In this document: positions 55,763 through 64,000 of the stretch, one piece after another
How the letters are laid out: each line of letters opens with the position of its first letter
How positions within the stretch are numbered: position 1 is the stretch's first letter
Assembly: GCA_020137815.1 (NCBI GenBank)
Contig: CM035353.1
Coordinates: 1,116,001-1,180,000 of the forward strand
Reading direction: 5' to 3'
DNA from: Hormiphora californensis
Lineage: Eukaryota > Animalia > Ctenophora
Length of the DNA: 64,000 bases
The notes under the pieces: model-generated
Told to the model about the DNA's origin: nothing
The model's input: the letters and a program-made list of their open reading frames with translations, nothing else
Databases searched by the model: none
Position numbers and translations under genes: made by a program

Positions 55763-56643
55763 GATATATTTCCAATATAGATCTGTTTCAGATCTCTTCT
55801 CACGAATAGTACGCTGTACGATACATCTTGTGTGGTCCCCAATAATTACAATTAAGTTCAGTTGTGAGTGAATTATTAGCGCATGATGGTAGAAGGAGCC
55901 TTCCCGGAAGTGATTCTCTCATCCAGGTATAAAGTACAGTAAGAAGGCCCTTCTCTCGTCCAGGTATAAAGTGCAGTAAGAAGGCCCTTTGTTTACCATT
56001 ACAATGCCAGATACATGAATATCATATAATGTCGACCACAGCATGATAGCAGCCACATGAAAAACAATGATGTCTCTTTTTGTTAGACCATTAAGAATGG
56101 CGTCTTTTTTGTTAGAGCGCCTAGTAGACCATAAAGAATGGTCTTGTTTACAAAATGTTTATGTTATAGTAAAACACACAATGTGTGTGTTAACATTCCA
56201 TGCAGTTCAGTAATAATACGTACTCCTTCATAAACACTTTTATCAGTAATAACACTCCTTCATAAATACTTTTGTTATATTGCTTGGAACTGATATGAGC
56301 TTCTAAAAGCTATAGAGAGATTAGCTATTATTAATCCTTTCCGTTTCTCACAATTCACGTGATAACAGTCTAGTTATAGACACCGATCCAGCTATGGTTT
56401 ATATTCGATCCAGCTCAGTCTGCCGCTGTCGCCTGTCAACTCTCCTATTGTTAGAATGATCCGTACTGCACGTATGATATATCAGATCTGTCAAGTGCTG
56501 TGATATATCAGATCTGTCAAGTACTGTCAGAGTTTTATATCCATTAATAATTATTATAAAGCAATTATCACGCAATGTACTGTGAGAACTCCATGACATA
56601 GTTGACAGCACTTTTGATCGTTCATCACTTTTATTATTAAGAT

Positions 56644-56760
56644 ATATGCTTTCTTGAATTCTCGCCGTCAGGACGATATGCTTTCTTGAATTCTCGCCGT
56701 CAGGACGATATGCTATCTAGAATTATCGCCGTCAGGACGATATGCTATCTAGAATTCTCG
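56644..56760. repeat. 32-bp tandem repeat, ~3.5 copies
   Basis: GATATGCT(T/A)TCT(T/A)GAATT(C/A)TCGCCGTCAGGAC. Confidence 0.85.
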
Positions 56761-58949
56761 AGCCTTGTTCGACCCTCTCTATCAAGTTGCGTCAGAACCC
56801 ATTGTCGAACACTAGTTGTATAATTCATGCATTACGTGCATTACTTAGGAAAGCAGCTTTTAGGGAAAGTCACGAGCCAGGAACACACAAAATATTCGAT
56901 CTGATAGATTTAAATCACTATATTGCACGTTTTAAATTTGAATGTCTAACGAAGCCAAGGGCACCCTAGTAAACGCGCATACGCCGTTTATAGTTGTCAG
57001 ACCCTAGCTGCAAGGAGCATCATTTTGTTTTGTTTCACAGTTTCACACAAGTGATTGGGATAATCAGTTTGGGAGTCATCACGTCACACCGCGCTCAAAT
57101 TAGAGCTTGGTAGAACGTCGACTTAGTATCACCAACCAACTAAAATGGCACATGCAACTTTTGCACGTGCAACTTTTCAAGCATGGAATTCCTGTGTTCT
57201 CCAACACGTGTACAAAACCACATCAATTACAGCAGTTGCGGAGGTAATTGCAGCTGTAATTGCGGTAAATGTTAACCAGTATTACAGTGGTAATTGGATG
57301 GTAATTAGGCGGTAATTGTTAATTATCTCATTGTGCACTTACTCAGAACATGTTATCTCTAAACACGTGTTTAATTACACGTGTTTTGATACCGCGGTCG
57401 TTAGATCTTCCTCAGCCCATTTCAACACGTGCACAGTTCATGCAGAGAAGATTTCGAGAATTATATGCACGTGCTTGAAAGTAGTGAAAATTTAAGCACG
57501 CGTGGGCTAGAAAGTTGTTAGTGATTTGAAATATTGCACTGATCAAGGTATAGCTTGTGGTCAAATGTGGTCTATATAGCAGAATCAATATATGAGAACC
57601 AATATCTCTATACTACGTGTCATTTCAACTCAGTATGAGACCCAATATCAGATCCATGTCTATTACGTGTTATTTCAAAAGTACTTAGATCAGTTCTCGG
57701 CTGAATTTTCTTTGAAGTCGAGCTGTTATTACTCATTTCCACTATAATATGACGTGTGGCAGTCTCCCATCTCTCTTTTTCTCTCGATCTCAGATCTGTA
57801 TCTTTCTGATCTCTTTCAATATTTTTCTGATCTCTTGCAATATCTTTCCGTCTGTTTCACAGGCACGGAAAGCATCATTGCTTTATAGTTTATTTCTCCA
57901 ACTACATAATTCATTTCAGATTGCCCTCTCTGTTCTGAGTAAGGGTCTACCTAGACAATCGATTAGGACAACATACGTATTACGGGCCGTTTAGGAAATT
58001 ATAGAAAATTATAGGAAATTATATGATCAGTGCTCAGCCAGATAGAAACGTTTAGGTAAATTATAGGAAACGGTATTCTAGCTTCTTAGTCCAGATCGCT
58101 TAGAAATAAAACCATTCTTCATCTGAATGAACAGACAGCTGAATCTGGCAGGCATTTGAAAGATTTAGGGAAATTAGAAGCCGTGATTTACTTCCAGATT
58201 CTGCGTTCTGGAAGAATAATTAGTCGCGTGCCAGTCGTGGAAACAACGCAGACTCCAATTTGACAGAACTCCGCAGTTTTAAATCCATTTTAAATTTAAT
58301 ATCTCAGCTAATTTGTACTTATATTCAGCTGTACCTTATCAGCTGTCTGTATGCTGCAGTTAATACCTTCCTCCCCCCAGACTGATACCCCAGACTGATA
58401 GATGTCAGTAAATGTCAGTAGGTAACTCTTTTTTCCTTGATAATCTTGAATCATCTTGAGAAGATCAGACTCCTCTTCATGAAATTATGTAATGCATAGC
58501 TATAGCCGTAAAATATATTCGCGTAACTAGAAAATTCGCTTTTAATAACTAGAAAACTAAACAAGATGTTTAACCCACCATATCATCACCATGACATAAA
58601 GTTCTTTCCCTCGTGATTTATTACCCTTCATAATTAGTGACACTATAAACGCCCCTTTTTGTTGTCTGAATTTCCTAATAATTGGGAGGGGCGGCATATG
58701 CAGTTTATATTGTAATGGGTCCCCATTAGTAGGACCTTGGAGAGCTCTCTCTAGTAAGTACTACGCTCCTTCAAGAATGAGAGAGAGAGAGATCAGTGAG
58801 ACAGAGTGAGAGGGAGTGAGATAGAGACAAAGTGAGATGCAGAGTGAGAGTGAGAGAGAGAGAGAGAGATCTGTCTCTCTCCCTGGATAGCATTTTGTGG
58901 TGTGTGTCTGCTTAATGCGAGGAGGGTTGAGAGGGAAATAAATATAGCC

Positions 58950-59039
<90 letters not shown>

Positions 59040-59747
59040 GGGAGAGAGAATAATTATGAGAGAGTCAGGTAGTTGTATGTAGAGTAGGACCGCAGAGAAT
59101 TATAGAGTCGGACTATAAACCTTGCGTATATAGCGACATTAATAATACACGGTATATGAGTATAATATCTTCATGCATTTTTCTCTCGTATGTGAGAATG
59201 ATAGTAAGAAAGTAAGATAGAGAGATTAAACACTAAGATAAGCTAAGTGAGATAGATCACGGACGTGGATGAGAGAGAGAGAGAAGCTTCTAATTTCAGC
59301 AGATGTGATTAATTGTAGAAAATGAAAGTGAACTCACATCATTTCACTGCCAAGTCTGTTTTGCTTTGAAATTAAAAGCAGTATTTAACTCCTTTCTGTT
59401 TATCTTTATGCTACGATATGAACTTTGAACACATAATAATATTTGCCTAATTCTTTGTTTGCCCGATTTTTGATAGTTTGTCTATGACGTCTTATCACAT
59501 CGTGTTACAGTCCGTCATACACATTTCCACCTGGAGTTTCTTGCTCGTAATTTCTGTCAGAATCTGTATAACACACACGTGAATTTGAGCCGCGGCGCGG
59601 CGCATCTGCACGTGCGGTTTTTTCAGAGAGCGTGAGAGACAATCGTATAACGTTAATGTGCGTCTCTCTCTTTAATCTCGCACGTGAATATGAGCCGCGG
59701 CGCGGCGCATCTGCACGTGCGGTTCTTCCAGATAGAAATTCCAAATA

Positions 59748-60645
59748 GGGTGATCCATAATGATTGTCACTTGGGGTTTTCACCAAGAAATACTTGTCAG
59801 AATGATTTGAGACTTGTTTTATCCGATTCGGGAGACAAATTAGAGTCAATTTGCATACTCATCCCCTTATTTGAGGGTCAATTTCTAATATTTTTTCTTC
59901 GGATTATACATGTTGGTCTGAGAAGCGTCTCACTTACCCCTTTTCGGGCTCCCATGGCCAGCAAAATATTTAAAAATGTCTGAAACCTTCACTAACCGGT
60001 AGCGGCAGTACCATTTTAACAGAAAAGCAAGCGTTTTTTGTTGTCAGGTAAGGCTTATTTGGTGGAAATGCCAAAATATTGAAGAAAAATAGGACAATTT
60101 TGACCTGAAAAACAGTCATTTTGGAGATCAGTTTTTAAAAACAGTACCTTGAAAAGATAACACAAGATATTGTCAATATAATAATTGATACATCCAAGAA
60201 ATGGTCCAATCTAAGTTTTCTAATGCTTGAAACGTCAATCCAATGTCATTTGGTCTGGCAAGCGCTGCTGGAACTCGAAAAACCGAAAATTAACACTGTT
60301 TTCTAAAATCCTTGCCAGCGCCGAGTTTTAAATCCTTTTTGTGAATTTTTGGGTCCATTTTAAAGCTAAGGCTGTGATTCCAGATAATAATGCGGTCGCA
60401 TATCAATTTACCCTGAGAATTTTATGCCATAACATGAAGTGCGTCACCCTATTTTTTGACGTGAGACGGCGCCTTCGATAATACTTTCTGTTTCGGGTGT
60501 CAAGGTGGCGACGTATCTTTATCTACGATATAAAAACTATTTTCCAATAGTAAAATGTCCATACTAAACGATAGAACAGGTTTTATTTGGTCCTGACTCG
60601 AAATCTGGGAGATAATAGCCAAGTGACAATCTTTATGGATCACCC
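59748..60645. mobile_element. Non-autonomous DNA transposon (~900 bp)
   Basis: TIRs GGGTGATCCATAA(T/A)GATTGTCACTTGG at both ends, flanked by TA. Confidence 0.8.
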
Positions 60646-60817
60646 TAGTAGAAACTCCAGATAGAAATTCCAAATAGAAATGTGTATGACGCCGTGTAAA
60701 CCCCCATATTCTGCAGAAAATGGTTATCGTTGTGTTAACCCCCATATTCTGCAGATAATGGTTATCGTTATGGTAACCCCCATAACATTACCTATAACAC
60801 ATGTTAACATTCAGAGA

Positions 60818-63800
60818 ATGGTTGTCGTTGAGGTGTCAATGGAGGATGTGGACAACATTGGGGCAGAAAAGCTAAAAGAACTTAACAACATCTTCTCCGC
60901 TTTTGATAACGATGGAAGTGGTTAGTTAATGCAGTATGCACCAATTGAGCAGCTCCTTTTTACAGACACAGAGCTGTAAATGCAATTTACCGATATAGAG
61001 AGTGTTTACTATTTTATCAATTGTAATCTATTAATTGTATCAGTATCAGTATAGTAATGAGAAAAACCACAAATTTTCAAAATCCACTATCCAGCCCCAG
61101 CTGGTATGTCCTCTACCGATCATTATATATCTATTGATTGTTGTATTAATTCAACCCATACTGGTGGTCCTTTATTATAATGAATACTAATCATGTATAT
61201 TAATTCCTCACTATAGGCTCGATTTCTGCGAACGAATTCAGATACGCATTAACAAAAATGGGCATCTACCTTTCCAAAGAGGTGAGTTAGAATTTAATAA
61301 ACTCAAAATACTGCAAATTTTATTAAATATATCGGCAAATGATTATGTTAGTTTAAACCAAACCAACCAAAAGTGAATCAGGAGACTTCAACAACAATTA
61401 GTGATTTGATTGACAACAATCATTTCAACTGATTTGTTACTAGTATTAGTAACTGATATCTTTCTTTACAGGACGTTGACGATTTGTTCTTTGAAGTAGA
61501 CCAGAACGGAGATGATAATTTAGATATAGAAGAGTTCATAAAACTGGTAACTTATTAGTTTTGTTATATAATCTAAATTATTACTTTAATTCAATTCGTT
61601 ATTAGTTATAGCAATAGTGTTTTTTTTGTTTATATTGTTCGCTTCCGTTCAGTGATTGTACGTGACGGTATATTATACATGTAGTGATCAGTTGCTGCTG
61701 CTAAAAGCACTTATGAATGTGCGACATAAATTATATGTGCCTTTACCATATTAGGCTTTACATCTATTTAGACAAAGACAAAATATATAGATAGCACATT
61801 GATGTGATTATCACTATAATAGTTATCAATATCACCATTCACCTCGTACAATCGTGATCAATATTTCATTATTTCATTGAAGATGTGCCTGTAACTTCAA
61901 AATGTTCAGGTGGCGATATTAGATCCCCGCGTCAGTCAGGAGATAGAAATCAATAAAGCTTTCAAGTTATTTGATCGAAATCAAGATGGCTTCATTACAA
62001 GGTAAATATAATTTTATGAAGGAGTAAAATTATGTTTTATGAAGGAGTAAATTCGTATGCATTGTTTTGAGTTTCCATACAATAATATTCATTCCGTTTG
62101 ACCGCTACTTGTGTGGTGGGTTAGAAATGTATAATATGGGGAAAAATGTTTAAACAGTCGTGCCTGAACCTTAGGTTCAGGCACGAATTTTCCCCTATAG
62201 TCTTTCCATCGAAAGTTCGTATTTTGAAAACTTATTGATCAATCAACTAATTGCGATGAATAACGATTAAATGATTAACTAATTAACTAATTAATTTATT
62301 CAGGAGTGAGGTTGAGGAGGGATTGAAAAGGTTTGGTATTTCAACAAATGAAGATGACATTGATCTGCTTTTTGATATAACTGATAACGATAACGATGGA
62401 CTTATTACACAAACAGGTAACAAACACACACACAAACACAAACACAAACACAAACACAAACACAAACACAAACACAAACACAAACACAGGAAAATAGTCG
62501 AATGGTTGATTGGTTGAACCAGATAAGACCCCAGCTTTCAGAATTAAGTGCGGGAACTAAGTAAAACTCAACCTCATGGTTTTAACTCAGTATCACGACT
62601 TTTTTCCTTCAATAAAAACAACTTAAAACTACACGTATTATATATTGCAATGTCAACGTATTATGTACTGCAATGTAAACTAATTCTTCAACATATCAAC
62701 CCAAACTTCAAAAATACCTTTCCCCTCCTTCTGCTCCTCCCTCTCCGTCTCCTTACCCTTGCAATGCTTCCTCCATAACCTAGCTGCGACAGTAAACTTC
62801 TTACTGGCCTTTTTACAGTGATCGTTATTAACCCTCCTCCGCAAGCATTCCTCCTGAAACCTTTTCTTCAGACGAGAACAATCACACTCGGACTTTTTAG
62901 CCCTCAACTCTGTCTTCATAGCAGACTTTAACTTCTCACATGATGTGTCATCCTTCTCCTTATCAACTGAGCCAAGGGAAGCGGTGACGAGAAGCAGTAG
63001 CAACACAATCCTTGTGTATATTATCATACTCACATCACATCATATCACAGCTAATGTCAATACATCTAGAGAGAGGTAGAAGACAGTTAGAAGACAAATA
63101 TTAGAGAGTAACAAAATGAGAGTCATATTAGTGTACTAGTACAATGTACTTGTACAATGTATTATTGTACTAGTATAACAATGTAACACAGTGTACTAGT
63201 ATAACAATGTAACACAATGTACTGGGCAATGTATTATTGTACTAGTATAACAATGTAACACAGTGTACTAGTATAACAATGTAACACAATGTACTAGTAG
63301 TTAATACCAAGATGATGATACCAACAAATGTATAAGCCCCGCAACTAAGAGTCAATACAGTTTGAACCGGAGCAGCAAGTGATTGTATCGCAATTGTATC
63401 AAAATCAAGGGTACAACATATATACTAGTCCCCAGAAGAAAAGTCTCCAATAATAGTTTCACTTACCCAGGCCACGTACGGCTGCAGTTTCCCCAATCAC
63501 ACACCACAAGGAGGACCACTGAACGATCATATCACTGACCAGTGACCACACTGAGGGAAAGAGTCACAATGGGGGGGGGGGGAAACCTCAGGTTAAGGCC
63601 ACGGCTATTTTCCACTGAGATCTCAGGTCTCCATGCAGCTGACATCCACTCCCTGTTTTAGGAATCACCGAGTACGAGAGATCACGTACTGGGGGAGAGT
63701 CACACACCACGTTGTTCATTGATTACACCATTCCATTATACTGACACCCCTTTTTTGTGTAGAGTTTAAGAACCTATTATTTGATGCTGGACCTCCTGAC

Positions 63801-63836
63801 GCTGATGCGAGTTTTAAAGGACAGATTGAGAACGCT
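60818..63836 (+). CDS. Calmodulin-like EF-hand protein; exons 60818-60920, 61217-61281, 61472-61546, 61910-62001, 62304-62416, 63763-63836; continues past the window
   Basis: In-frame GT-AG joins give four EF loops: DNDGSGSISANE, DQNGDDNLDIEE, DRNQDGFITRSE, DNDNDGLITQTE(F). Confidence 0.88.
62680..63027 (-). CDS. Small secreted 6-Cys basic protein (115 aa) nested antisense in the EF-hand gene intron
   Basis: Signal peptide MIIYTRIVLLLLLVTASLG; six Cys; KK, KKR and RRR sites; single exon. Confidence 0.65.
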   Translation of the reverse strand: MIIYTRIVLLLLLVTASLGSVDKEKDDTSCEKLKSAMKTELRAKKSECDCSRLKKRFQEECLRRRVNNDHCKKASKKFTVAARLWRKHCKGKETEREEQKEGKGIFEVWVDMLKN

Positions 63837-64000
63837 GTAAGTAGTACCTAGAATGTAATAGAATGTAAGGAGTAGAATGAATTTGTGTCCGATAGTACAA
63901 ACAAAACCAGATCACCATGTTCAAAAGTTTCTCCTTTTGTGGTATGCACAGTCGGACCCTGATCTACCGGAACCCCGATTTACCGGGAGGATAAACTTCG

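Noticed and set aside
62542-62564. Short terminal exon ELSAGTK* for the EF-hand gene
   Set aside because: Exon 63763-63836 (EFKNLL...) completes the EF-hand helix better; the short one remains possible only as an alternative

Overview
Eukaryotic (animal) genomic DNA with spliced genes and many repeats. The repeat and protein types resemble ctenophore sequences, but that assignment is inference. The main feature is an apparently intact ~9.9 kb Ty3/Gypsy LTR retroelement (7482-17342) built like a retrovirus: (GT)n-containing LTRs, a tRNA-His PBS, gag, a -1 frameshift signal, pol, an F-type env with a PAN/apple-like module and furin site, and a small Arg-rich fourth ORF. Host genes reconstructed by hand are a secreted three-repeat protein, a C-type lectin plus a 5'-truncated duplicate, a 16-exon lipoxygenase with a nested antisense Sushi gene, a class A GPCR spread over 20 kb, a solo LINE-ORF1-like ORF, and an EF-hand gene with a nested secreted Cys-rich gene. 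An RTEX-like LINE family sits in TG/CA repeats at three sites. Many intronic tandem repeats are amplified exon/intron junctions, including a 23-copy array of mini-intron units and a ~7.6 kb array of one GPCR acceptor plus exon start. Sequence at ~37.1-48.8 kb looks like low-quality consensus. Nothing was searched against databases.
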